The notes under the pieces are model-generated. The model saw only the letters and a program-made list of their open reading frames with translations. It did no database searches and was not told the origin of the DNA. Shown here one piece after another: positions 49,201 to 58,300 of a stretch of DNA of 64,000 bases (the stretch's first letter is position 1; each line of letters begins with the position of its first letter). The translations under genes and the position numbers were made by a program. The DNA is from Lingula anatina (Eukaryota > Animalia > Brachiopoda): the NCBI GenBank assembly GCA_051362555.1, contig CM120648.1, forward strand, positions 1,527,721 through 1,591,720, in the 5' to 3' direction.

Positions 49201-52200
49201 ATTTTAGTAGAACCGAGAACGCTTCCACGCCATCTACAGGCAGACCCTGGAAGCTGGTATATCCCACTATTCAGCAGCGATAGTTACGTTATTATATATA
49301 GGGGTACTTTGCATGTCCGGTAAACGATGTGTTTTTCCTCTTATGTTGAATAGGCATGCTTTAACGGTGTAAAAGATGTTATATAAGTCATACCAGATGG
49401 AAAAACAAGTATTGCTCAAACCAATTTAATCAGGGTATTTCTGTCATTTACATCGGGGATTGCGAGTAGGCCTATTGAATGTTTGGGGCCGTAGCGATAG
49501 TCCGAAGGTTCAATAGTCCGAAGGTTCATTGGTCCGAATGTTCACTATAGAACCTTCGGACCAATGAACCCTTGATTAAAAAATCGATGAAAATGTTACC
49601 ACTTTTCGGACCAATAAACCTTCGGACCAATGAACCTTCGGACCAATGAACCTTCGGACTATCGAGACGCCCCCGAATGTTTTCGTGCCCACCGGACCAA
49701 TAACAATTTCTGCATGTGCACCGGTTAACAAGCCCCCTGACCTGTAGTAATTCAAGAAAACAAAGAAAAAATATGCCAAATTTGCTGCCAGAATAAGATG
49801 TACCTTGTGCTTTTTGACCAAAAGGCTTTAATTTGCTGTGTTAAAAATAACCATTCTTAAAATTCATTAGCTGTTATAAAAATATCGAAATTCGGGGGGC
49901 GTCTCGATAGTCCGAAGGTTCATTGGTCCGAAGGTTCATTGGTCCGAAAAGTGGTAACATTTTCATCGATTTTTTAATCAAGGGTTCATTGGTCCGAAGG
50001 TTCTATAGTGAACATTCGGACCAATGAACCTTCGGACTATTGAACCTTCGGACTATCGCTACGGCCCCGAAATTCGAGTCGATCGTAGGCCTATGTCAAT
50101 GACCTGGAAAATGCGTTTGCATCCATTGTTTATATCCGAAAGAATGAACACAGTGAAGTTGACCATACAACCCCCATTTTGAAGTGCATTTGGCAAATTG
50201 CCCATGTGATGAATTTCGATTAGAAACAAACTTACAATATGGACGCCATTGCAGCCTGTTGTTCTGCGGTCTTCGGCATAGCGATGGTGGCGCCGCTCTT
50301 GGCAGCACAGGCCACTTTAGCGTCCTCGTAATTGGCATGCGTGCTGCCAGATTGCCAGTAACATCTGTTGACAGACGCCTTGTGGGACCAGCCTGAGGGA
50401 CATGGGTTAGGCACCCCTCCGCCGCCACTAGTGCCATCTAGAACAGAAAATGAAGACTTAAATCTACTAGTATACTTATATAGTAGGGCCTAAATTAAGA
50501 TGTCAGTGGGTGCATTCAGTGCCAGATGATCCAGGGAATTTCTTATGCTTAATTAACTTAATTAATTGGCAGAATTGAGTGCTTCATGCTCGTAAATGGG
50601 CCATTGTTGTTAAGTGAACGGCCCGATGTGAAAAGGGTCGTAGTCACCAAGTCACGAAAAAAAAAACTTACCTGATTTTTCGCACACATAAACATAATAA
50701 TAGGAGCAGGCAGTGTCTGCCCAGTAGTGATTTCCACCGTAGTAGCTCCCCAAAGTTCGATATGCAGCGCAAGACGACTGTTTTCCGTCACATGGGCAGA
50801 TATAGTCCCACGAGACCGATGTTCCGTCCAACCAGGTATCTGTGTTTCCAGTTAGTCTCTCCAGGCCAATCCAATACTCTCTGTCCTCCCTGAAGAAGAT
50901 ATGGTATCACTACAGTGTACTGTAAGGCGTATTACTTTAACGACTCGGTTTATGAATTGACTGCAATGCAATACATTTAATGCTGAAGTTTTATAAATTC
51001 ATTCATATCCATATTAATTCAGTTTATATACTTGTACTGCCTTATATACTTTTATGACCTTTCACCAGTAGCACAGCTGAAACAATTAATGTATATTATG
51101 CACATGAGATATATCCCTATTTGTTATTTGGGGCCACCAGAATTGCTTTTTCTCTCTTATCCAGCCCTAAACTCTAATGCATCAAACATACAGTATGGAC
51201 GCCAAGGCATCTTGTAACTCCTGCGTCTTTGGCATGGCAAGTGTGCCTCCGACGTTCTCACAGTTGGTTTTGGCGCCTTGGTAGCTCTGGAAGGTATGGT
51301 ATGCCCTGTAGCACATTCCTACTTCGGGTTTATGTGTCCAGCCGCTGTCACAACTACCCGAGATCGGATCTGAAGTATATTAATAAATAAATAAATAAAT
51401 AATAATAAATACTTCAGTTGATATTATTTTTGGGATCGAAATAATCACAATACTTTGCCGAATACTGCTTAGACCTGTGGCTACTCAGTGCAGTTTAAAA
51501 GCCGCTTTGCCCCCCCCCCCCCCCCCCCCCCCCCCGAATAAATTAACAGAAAAAATTAACATACTCGTATCGTATAGGTCAAGGCCATACCGCTTTAAAT
51601 ATATTGGTCAAATATATACAGTGATTTATTGGTCAATCAATGTGCTGATAAATGGACAATCACTTTTACACACTTTGATCTACGTAATGTATCGAATTGG
51701 TCATTATCCATATTCTTTTTTTCGTGTATGATTTACAACCACAAATGACCATAATGCGACTTAGATACGTACGAAAGAAAAAAAAAACAAAATAAACTCT
51801 AGAATTACTGCCGTAGGTTGACGAAAAAGCTTAGGCAGAACAAACCATGTTGTTTCAGAAATTTTGTGAACAGTGTGAAATTGTGTTTCGGCAACTATCA
51901 CTACTACTCTTTCAGACATTTCTATCAGAGTTCAGCTGACATGCATCTCATAATATGCAAAGAGATTAAGGAGCTGTATTTGAGCCAAGATTTCAAGTTT
52001 ATAGCTAGAAACGGCCCTTTTCTGGCTTGAAATAACAATTAAGTCATATGAGATATTCGATAACTTATATCCTTTTAATTCACAAAATTTTCCCGCTTTT
52101 CATTTGTGTTATAAATTCACCAAGGAGACCACTTACCCGGCGTTAGCGTCATCAATATGATAAAAAGGACCTGAAACGAGAAATCTTAGCGGATTATTAC

Positions 52201-53195
52201 TGCATCATCATCATCTTCATCATCTTCGCTATAGGGTTATCAAACACTTCTAATCAAATACATGGTTTTAATAGTCTATAAAGATTGGACGTGTAGTGAT
52301 TTGAGGCCGAAGCCCATCGTTGGTATATTTAAATTCATAAAAAAGTTCAGAACACAAATCGAACTTTGTCTCCAGATTCATCTATCCATCTCACTGTAAA
52401 GGTTGTCACTCTGACACTGTTCTATGTAATATGTATTGGTCGATCTTTTTATATGGATCTGTAGACAAATGAACGAAATCTATTTCTTAAAGTCGTGCGA
52501 AACGTTAAATCAGAACTAGCAGGCTGTTGCCGTACCAGTAGAGCTTTTGTTTTGACAATTATGTTTTCGATTTCAAACAGGTCTCCCTCATCTGGACAGC
52601 CATCAACACCATTTTAACAAGAACTACTAAAATCTGTTGTCAGGGGATATACTTGAAAAGCTTAATGTGGAATTTATCATTAAGTAAGCGAATTAATTAA
52701 TTGACGGAATATTGTGATTGGAGGCTAATTAAACAAGAAAAATAATGTAAAATCTGTCTTGGGATTGTATTTCAAATTCTTGTCGTCAACCATTCCAATA
52801 CTCATGATGATATCTGGTTTATGTAGTTACGGAGTAGAGCAAAAACCAATCACTTTCTTACACCAATTTACGAACAGTTCAACTGGCGATAAACGGGAAC
52901 ATCGCTTAAGAGCAGGAGCGGGCGGGTGGGGGGGGGGGGGGAATGAAAAAGGGAGTTTTTGCTCTAAAAGCGTTTAATTTTATTGCACTATTGTCAAGAT
53001 AAGTATTTGACATAAAGTAAACGGGAGAAAAACCTTTTTCTTAACGATTCAGATCATATTAATGTATCGATCCACTTCAACAACGTTAGCCAGAAAAACT
53101 TTTTTGATTCTTTAAAATCAAGATATTTAACTTGGCTGAAAGGTGTCTACCACCATTTTTATTGAACTTACCAGTATTTCAATCATTCCCTCCAT
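29840..53195 (-). CDS. Mosaic multi-lectin/sushi cell-surface protein, 33 exons, ~2,120 aa (SP-CTLx2-CCPx7-SUEL-LamG-CCP-LamG-CCP-CTL-WSC-FReD-like stub-F5/8C-WSC-CCPx3-hydrophobic tail)
   Basis: Exons (minus): 53195-53172, 52170-52137, 51369-51192, 50889-50672, 50437-50236, 48910-48699, 48101-47922, 47061-46885, 46343-46167, 45836-45660, 45043-44867, 44540-44364, 44053-43880, 43238-42951, 42047-41382, 41145-40978, 40728-40060, 37719-37534, 37096-36893, 36646-36464, 36198-35938, 35164-35039, 34522-34432, 33926-33817, 33487-33375, 32912-32741, 32514-32371, 32270-32136, 31868-31680, 31397-31209, 30799-30632, 30274-30224, 30000-29840. All GT-AG and phase-compatible; 6381 nt, open throughout. The first two and last two exons are less certain. 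Confidence 0.85.
30224..30274 (-). CDS. Mosaic lectin exon 32 (stalk)
   Basis: gtccag|DITLYLNPLMMNGANEY|gtaggt, phase 1-1. Confidence 0.55.
30632..30799 (-). CDS. Mosaic lectin exon 31, CCP/sushi 12
   Basis: LCSAPPDVANA...FTCDAGY...CNLQGQWEGSVENC. Confidence 0.88.
31074..31121. repeat. (AAT)n microsatellite
   Basis: About 16 perfect units. Confidence 0.95.
31209..31397 (-). CDS. Mosaic lectin exon 30, CCP/sushi 11
   Basis: ICNGALPSVANA...YRCFYGF...CQETGAWSSLSHTEC. Confidence 0.88.
31680..31868 (-). CDS. Mosaic lectin exon 29, CCP/sushi 10
   Basis: VKCPELPQKSN...YSCLPGY...CVQKQWEGDIPAQGCE. Confidence 0.88.
32136..32514 (-). CDS. Mosaic lectin exons 27-28 (32514-32371, 32270-32136), WSC domain 2
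   Basis: VGCFLD...ECRELCAQGGYLFAAVTNG|TVCGCGN...CDIACTGNPRDACGG...SVF. Confidence 0.88.
32741..34522 (-). CDS. Mosaic lectin exons 23-26 (34522-34432, 33926-33817, 33487-33375, 32912-32741), F5/8 type C (discoidin) domain
   Basis: CNEWL...ISDSSISASS...RLYGESGW...WVQLSL...VTGFKTQGR...VQNFTVQY...PFVATDIRVVP...MRLDVSGC. Confidence 0.85.
34631..34687. repeat. (CA)n/(CGCA)n compound microsatellite
   Basis: Directly visible. Confidence 0.9.
35039..35164 (-). CDS. Mosaic lectin exon 22, fibrinogen-like N-terminal stub
   Basis: ASSCDVLYKNGVREYGQYWV...IRVEC resembles the SC..l...G...G.Y.I...V.C opening of fibrinogen-related domains; phase 1-1. Confidence 0.7.
35234..35403. mobile_element. hAT-like MITE
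   Basis: TIRs caggggcggattc / ggatccgcccctg, 5-bp flanking repeat acaat, internal gaagacggtc repeats. Confidence 0.7.
35938..36198 (-). CDS. Mosaic lectin exon 21, WSC domain 1
   Basis: YLGCYRTD...QCIEYCRG...YASV...ECYC...CDTKCPGNKHQFCGG...SMY. Confidence 0.9.
36464..37096 (-). CDS. Mosaic lectin exons 19-20 (37096-36893, 36646-36464), C-type lectin domain 3
   Basis: CYGDW...HCY...WETANDDCHRLGG...WWVG|ITD...GNEPDD...LRD...ICE. Confidence 0.85.
37534..37719 (-). CDS. Mosaic lectin exon 18, CCP/sushi 9
   Basis: CSDPGFISNS...YTCDSGY...RVCQDNSTWSGDPLFCE. Confidence 0.9.
38220..38319. repeat. 100-bp perfect spacer-less palindrome
   Basis: atatagtttc...cattgttta|taaacaatg...gaaactatat; the 50-bp arms are exact reverse complements. 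Confidence 0.95.
38349..39390 (-). mobile_element. Kolobok-type element with remnant ORF (ATG at 39080)
   Basis: TIRs agcctgtctgtgtgggtta / taacccacacagagaggct with ATAA/TTAA flanks. Minus ORF ...DRQRSSQTVYVGREVGRWKKLKAELGLTYEAMAKLLLD resembles a motif I associate with the N-termini of TTAA-targeting Kolobok-type transposon proteins (from memory). Confidence 0.65.
40060..40728 (-). CDS. Mosaic lectin exon 17, LamG/pentraxin(ConA)-like domain 2
   Basis: VAFWPFDG...DLTGRGHHG...GPFG...ALEF...SFTLIFLINP...WQKVIVQYD...FHVGKR...FNGRLSCVHLFD. Confidence 0.9.
40978..41145 (-). CDS. Mosaic lectin exon 16, CCP/sushi 8
   Basis: CNAPDDGVNA...YTCNFG...RTCLTNLTWSGTRMEC. Confidence 0.88.
41382..42047 (-). 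CDS. Mosaic lectin exon 15, LamG/pentraxin(ConA)-like domain 1
   Basis: VAFWPLD...DLSGNGHHG...GPYG..ALTF...WHRVVVSY...LQIGKR...FDGRLSCVQLFD; clear paralogue of exon 17. Confidence 0.9.
42951..43238 (-). CDS. Mosaic lectin exon 14, SUEL/rhamnose-binding (Gal_lectin) domain
   Basis: CEG...C...I.IVDAMYGR...C...C...CEGQQSCSV...FSQDPCSGTYKYLQIHYRC; YGR and DPC motifs intact. Confidence 0.92.
43880..44053 (-). CDS. Mosaic lectin exon 13, CCP/sushi 7
   Basis: CPLPATPAN...YTCDTG...RECLDNGAWSGQEPEC. Confidence 0.9.
44364..48101 (-). CDS. Mosaic lectin exons 7-12: six near-identical CCP/sushi exons (48101-47922, 47061-46885, 46343-46167, 45836-45660, 45043-44867, 44540-44364)
   Basis: Each encodes ~CSTPSSP(A/T)DTTEVVAGTNVGDSITYSCVSGTTHSSGNLVRSCQSDGTWDGSAPVC; 177-180 nt, phase 1-1; flanking intron sequence is also duplicated. 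Confidence 0.92.
45120..45227. mobile_element. EnSpm/CACTA-like MITE
   Basis: TIRs cccagcaaacacgt / acgtgtttgctggg with a 2-bp TSD CA. Confidence 0.75.
46539..46752. mobile_element. Harbinger-type MITE, family D copy 2
   Basis: Reverse-oriented relative of 7425-7677; the paralogous empty site is visible at ~47785-47818. Confidence 0.7.
47471..47634. mobile_element. hAT-like MITE
   Basis: TIRs caggcccgtcgcca / tggctacggacctg with internal aaaaggtccact repeats; TSD not clean. Confidence 0.6.
48396..48673. mobile_element. Harbinger-type MITE, family D copy 3
   Basis: Long imperfect inverted arms gaccccattctcatacctagatcgatct / agatcgatctaggcatgggaacggggtc with TTA/TGA flanks. Confidence 0.75.
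48699..50437 (-). CDS. Mosaic lectin exons 5-6 (50437-50236, 48910-48699), C-type lectin domain 2
   Basis: CPSGW...RCY...YEDAKVAC...AMPKT|QYWIGL...WADGT...C...WMDRSC...YVCE. Confidence 0.9.
49484..49675 (+). mobile_element. MITE with 16-bp subterminal repeats, copy 1
   Basis: (c/t)ggggccgt...acgcccccg termini, tccgaaggttcattgg repeats, ~6-bp flanking repeat aatgtt. Confidence 0.75.
49893..50069 (-). mobile_element. Same MITE, inverted copy 2
   Basis: Reverse complement of copy 1 minus one 16-bp unit; its own flanking repeat aaatt(c). Confidence 0.75.
50672..51369 (-). CDS. Mosaic lectin exons 3-4 (51369-51192, 50889-50672), C-type lectin domain 1
   Basis: CDSGW...MCY...YQGAKTNCENVGGTLAMPKT|EYWIGL...WLDGT...C...WADTAC...YVCE. 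Confidence 0.9.
52137..53195 (-). CDS. Mosaic lectin exons 1-2 (53195-53172, 52170-52137), signal peptide
   Basis: aaaATG GAG...CTG|gtaagt joined to ttcag|GTC...CCG G|gtaagt gives MEGMIEILVLFIILMTLTP, in phase with exon 3. Confidence 0.65.
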
Positions 53196-55135
53196 TTTAT
53201 TGTTCTCGGCGTTAAAGCGTAAAGTAACCCATCAGAATATATATTACAGGCTTGCAGTTGACACTTCCCTAGTGTGAAGTAAAAGTGAACGCCAACAGCG
53301 AAAATAACTTGACGTTCATGCAGCTTGCCATACACTGCTACTTCAAGTATTTAAAAATAAATTGACCCTTCGTTCAATAGTAATGCCTACTGTAATTTGA
53401 AAAGAAATCGATAATTATGTAATCAAACCAAATACTAAGAAGTTATGGATATTTTGGATATTGATTTATCGACTGCTGTAGTTCAAAACAACACCAGGTA
53501 AAGTGATGAAATATCGACTGTCTGGGTGTACATAGTTCTTCGTTTGGCTAAAAAATCGATCCTAAATTTTCGTTATATCATTAGCAAAAAAAAGCCCTGC
53601 GGCCATCGTTTAAAATAATAGATTTGGAAATTGAATATGTATCGTTAAAATGAATTGTAAGATCGAATTAGTTAATTAAACTTCAGTTAAAAACTCTCGC
53701 ATTTTCCACTAGATAAAGATTTAAGATTACGAAATCAGGGTTTGGTAACGTGTACGTCAGCAAGGTTAAGGGGATAACAACTCTACGTTTTGGAGGGAAA
53801 AGTGTCATAAAACGGATTTTCCTGGGGTACGAGAACGACTCTCCATACTCATACCCAATAGTTAAAGAATCTCTTACGACATTCAAAGTTAGTCGAGTGA
53901 GAAAGAGAGTAAATAAGTGAGGGGGGTTTTGCGTTAAAATGCCTTTCAATAAAACAACGTATGTTTACATTAGAAACAATCAAACAACCACATATACATG
54001 TATAACAACTGTGCATTTCAAAGCCTTTCCTTCATACTCCAATTCTGAATACTCCAATTCTGAATCAAAAGCCAGACTGGATTATTGAAAATTTTGATAA
54101 ACACCAATTTCCGCTCATTGGGAGGCGTTGCTTTTGGAAACGAAGAAAAATCTATCACTGTCAACATCCGACGATAAAATGAATAAATCGAAAAAGAATG
54201 GACGTCACTGCAATTAAAAGTGACGACCGCATCTGTAACGTGGGTTGTATGTACTCTACTAACCTATAAATTAAATATTATTTGACCACCGATGTACATT
54301 AAATAAAATTCAATAAATGCCATTATGTGCACCGTCCACTCTGGGTTCATATTGATTTACTGGTGTCCAGTGAACAGTACAGGGGCATTGACCCATTACA
54401 TTGACATGGTATTGGACACATCGATACATAATTGATGTATAAGCCTACCCCTGTAACTCATTAAAAGGATAACAACTCTTCGTATGGGATTCAAATCTCA
54501 CGATGAACACATTGTAAACAACTAAAAGAAATATAATAAATTCTAATTTACCTCCAAACGACGGTTAACGCAATTATTTTGGCATCTGTGCGTGCCGTCG
54601 GACCACGTGACCTAGTCTAATGCGTTTAAAAGTATAAAAGTATTTTTGAGCTCTAGTTTTCTTGGTTTGAGTCACTCTCGTAACTCGCTACCATAGAAAA
54701 TATAGAAATATGAAACTTGGAAAATATGCCTATAGATTGGAATCTATTTGCTGGTTTGAAATAAGGCGAACCTTGGTGAATTTTGAGGGAAACTTTTTTT
54801 AAAAATTCAGTCATACAAAAATCTATATAACATGGTCGGTTTTCCAATTAAGAGCAGTATACTCTGTTGTAGGCAGGATTTTAGTGAAATATGGTCTAGT
54901 AATAAAATAAGGATACAGACAACATTGTGAATATTTAAAAATATTGAAATATCAACCAATTAATTTATTTTAATTAGACATTTTACGCTCAGACCCTTTG
55001 TCAAAATCTTGATTTACTGGCAAATATATTGCATTTTAGACAAATCTCGATAAGTGACCGTAACAGGCATCACAAAATTTTACACCAGTAACTGTCGGTG
55101 TGAATTATTAATATGAAGGGTCAAATTGTTCCAAA

Positions 55136-55290
55136 GAGCGCATTTAGAACAGAGGACTAACAGACCTGCGGATCAAATATGGTCGATCCACTTGAATGCT
55201 TGTTTCGTAATCCCCGCGGTGAATCTATTCAGTGTCTAATCGGGAATTAACCGACAAGCTTTTTATTTGGTCGCGGTTCTAAATGCGCTC
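55136..55290. mobile_element. Harbinger-type MITE, family H copy 1
   Basis: TIRs gagcgcatttagaac / gttctaaatgcgctc; internal similarity to the 57673 copy. Confidence 0.7.
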
Positions 55291-55593
55291 GAAGAGACAA
55301 TCAATAACAGTAAATAAAACGAAACGAACAACAAGGTTTAAATTATAAATAAGTTTTATTAGTCCAGTATTGTATTGGAACAGTGAACAGTGATGTTCTA
55401 ACAACTAAGGTGTCTCTTAAGTTACGCGTGACAAAAGTCCTTTATTAGTGGGGTTACATTCACATTATTTTCAACTCGGGAATTTTAGTTTTTACTTTGG
55501 TTGTCGGACTGAAAAAGAAATTAATTTAGGATTAACTAAGTACTTTGCAATCCACCTGCACGTCTTGACAACAACACTCTCATGAATATCCAT

Positions 55594-55722
55594 TCAAAAC
55601 AATTTCGCTTGGCAACAAAACACAATCAGCACCGCTAACACAATGAGCAACTGCCTACTCATTTTCCAACTTGAAGTTTTCTTATTTCTACTGTATAAGA
55701 CAAAGACGAATGTGACAAGGTA
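55594..55722 (-). pseudogene. Truncated paralogue of the Cys-rich peptide gene (acceptor + 5'UTR + signal peptide only)
   Basis: ATG at 55662 gives MSRQLLIVLAVLIVFCCQAKLF*; the upstream ttcgtctttgtctt-tacag acceptor is shared with 57355-57384; similarity ends after the hydrophobic core. Confidence 0.7.
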
Positions 55723-56295
55723 CAGCTAAGCCTTAGGTAATAAACTCTTCGGTTAGGTTTCTACCGGCTGAATTAAAATAACTGTTAACTCACGTAAGGA
55801 ATCGCCAATTGAGTGATTTGGGATGAATGTTGCCGTAAAATTGCATTGTTTTCACAGCGTGATAAGCTTTTAACAACCATTTAAGCATAGTATATGATAG
55901 CACCAAGGCAGTTAAGCGCTATCTAGTACAATGAGCTCAAGCGTGTTTTTATCAGTCGTATTACAGCTCCGAAACTATGAAAATATCATTTTCCTGAAAT
56001 ACAGGATGCTCCATATGCTGTCACAGTCAATTCGTTACAATTTTAGTCCTTAACTCTAAAACACTTCAAAGAAAACACAGTGGAGTGGGCGTCAGCATCT
56101 CGTTGAATGGTCTGACTGTCATGTATAATAGTTTTCTTAATGGAAATACAAGTTCCCCTAATAGACATACATTCTACGTATTGCGTCTGCCGCTTACGTT
56201 CGCACCAAAGCACCGATTGTGATATATATTATGAAAAATCTTCCGCCAGGACGTTTGAGGTCTATAATACCGGCAATCCTGGCGACAGAGAGCGT

Positions 56296-57326
56296 CTAGT
56301 TTGGTCTGCTGTCACGGAAACGGAGCATATTCAAGTACAACATTTGTCTCCAGTAGTAGTCGTCGTCAGCGGGGCGTGCATTGCTATACGGTCTTGCTGG
56401 ATGCGGGGAGAAGTTGGCTCCAATGCCGGCCTGGTCCCTGCGGTAGTTCACCATGTAGTGTTGATAGAGGGAGTCGGTGTTTTTGGAGGTCGGGTAAGGA
56501 CCCCAGGGTGTGCCACGAGGGGGGTTGCAGCCACAGGTGACGCATTCACACTGGACGCTTGCGTGGAAGGAAGAGAAAAAATAGCGTTGATTGGGACTTT
56601 TCTTTAAAAATGGATTTTAAGGTCCAGTACATGTAGCTTGAAATTTGAGGTGACAATGTCAACGAAAATGAGTTGATATAAAGACGGAAAATATTTCTGG
56701 GCTAGCGTCTCTAAGAAATAAACTAAACAGAGAACACAAGAACCATCAAATTTCAATTGATTTGACTGATTTATTAAAACAAGCGAGATAAAGAAAATGG
56801 ATCTAGCTTCAATTAAAAATAATGAATGAATTACGCCACCAGAAAAAAAGATTGTAGAGACCCTCATCATTTCTTAAATAGGCAGGAAAGTCAACGTTTC
56901 GCAACTGGTCTAGTAACAGTCGCTTTATAATTCCCAGTTAAGAATTAACCCAGCTCTAAACTGAACCTAGGGCCGCATTCAGAACAGTGCACTAACTAGT
57001 CCGCGGGTCAAATATGGCGACCCACTTAAAAACTTGCCGTCTAATCTGCTAATAGACACTGATTAGATATCCCGTGGGAAAGTGTACAAGTGGGTCGGTC
57101 ATATTTGACCCTCGGACTAGTTAGTGCACTGTTCTGAATACAGCCTAAGACTTCGCAATACCTACCCGTAGCAGTGGTACTCAGATGGGCAAATAGAGTT
57201 GTACGGCTCGTAGCGTGGACAGAAGCATTGCCGCCATTCTTTCTTCTCCTCCATGACGCTGCGCGCGCTGGTGACGTCCACAAACATAATCAGCACCGCT
57301 AACACAATGCACAATTGCCTAGCCAT
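56296..57326 (-). CDS. Secreted cysteine-rich peptide precursor, 140 aa, family unassigned (exons 57326-57166 and 56557-56296)
   Basis: MARQLCIVLAVLIMFVDVTSA-RSVMEEKKEWRQCFCPRYEPYNSICPSEYHCYG|VQCECVTCGCNPPRGTPWGPYPTSKNTDSLYQHYMVNYRRDQAGIGANFSPHPARPYSNARPADDDYYWRQMLYLNMLRFRDSRPN*. Phase-2 intron GG|gtaggt...cttccacgcaag|C; both exons are GC-rich against an AT-rich background; upstream acceptor at 57355. Confidence 0.78.
56970..57146. mobile_element. Harbinger-type MITE, family H copy 2 (in the peptide-gene intron)
   Basis: ~55-bp inverted arms gcattcagaacagtgcactaactagtccg.gggtcaaatatg. Confidence 0.75.
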
Positions 57327-57672
57327 CTCCCAGCATGAAATTGTCCTTCTTTCACTGTAAAAGACAAAGACGAATAGACAAGGTCTTGCAGTAAGATTTA
57401 AGGCGCATCGTTTGTTCCATGTTATCCGTCACCTTGTCCAGTCCATTAATCTAAAAAGCACATAAGATGACTTAAGAACATCACACTCTATAATGCAATG
57501 AACCAGACTAAAATCGGTTAAGCATTTTAATAGAACTTGATAATATCGCAAGGTACCAGCGTTATGGAAGCTTACAGAACTTTAACACCAACTACGCACG
57601 TTGAAAATCCAAATAAAATAGAATAAGCCATCAAATCGCTTGGAACCTGGCTTGTCCACACAAAACATCCTA

Positions 57673-57858
57673 GAGCGCATTCAGAACAGCGAAATAGCAG
57701 ATCCGCGGACCAAATATGACTGGTTCTCTTGAATGCTTGTTGCGTAATCCTCGCAGGGAATCTATTCAGTGTCTTAGCGGGAATTAAGCGGCAACCTTTT
57801 TAGTGAGTCGCCATATTTGACCCTCGGATTTGTTAGTCCGCTGTTCTGAATGCGCCTC
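57673..57858. mobile_element. Harbinger-type MITE, family H copy 3
   Basis: TIRs gcgcattcagaacagc / gctgttctgaatgcgc with ctag context at both ends. Confidence 0.75.
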
Positions 57859-58039
57859 TAGACTACAGCTCCCTACGTGGACTCGCCAAAGCCAACCGCC
57901 ATTTTCCTTTGTGCAGATATTATCCCTTAACAAGGACATTTTTGTCTGCAGAGAACTTTTTGTCTGCAGTCTTGAAGATTTAAAGAGTACAACGCATTCA
58001 GAATGTTTCGGCATGGCTGTTTATGTTACAGCCTAGAGA

Positions 58040-58300
58040 TTGCCAGATTTCTGTAATTTTAAAGCAACTGCACTGGCTTCCAGTTCGGTCTAGAATTTTA
58101 TTTCAATTCTTAGTTTTTACTCATGCTGCATTTTATTATCTAGCTCAAAATATACTGTATATAACCGATCTGGTTGGATATAAATACCCTCAAAGAACCA
58201 TGAAGCCCGGTGACAAAATAGTACTAGAACCTCCCAAAGCTAGTTTAAAAACAAATGGTGACATAACATTCTGAATAGCTTCAACGGTAGCTGCCAATTC
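58040..58300 (+). mobile_element. L2/CR1-group LINE ORF2 3' fragment
   Basis: ISVILKQLHWLPVRSRILFQFLV...YITDL...KTNGDITF matches the H.TP.L..LHWLPV..RI.FK motif of L2-type ORF2 C-termini. Confidence 0.8.

Noticed and set aside
49495-50052. 16-bp repeats tccgaaggttcattgg resembling a short repeat-spacer array
   Set aside because: They are contiguous subterminal repeats of a MITE in both orientations, without spacers.
54484-54503. B-box-like sequence suggesting a tRNA or SINE
   Set aside because: No matching A box or cloverleaf could be built.
56140-56607. 155-aa plus-strand ORF
   Set aside because: It is the antisense shadow of the GC-rich second exon of the minus-strand peptide gene; non-ATG-like context is irrelevant, but it has no recognisable features or splice support.
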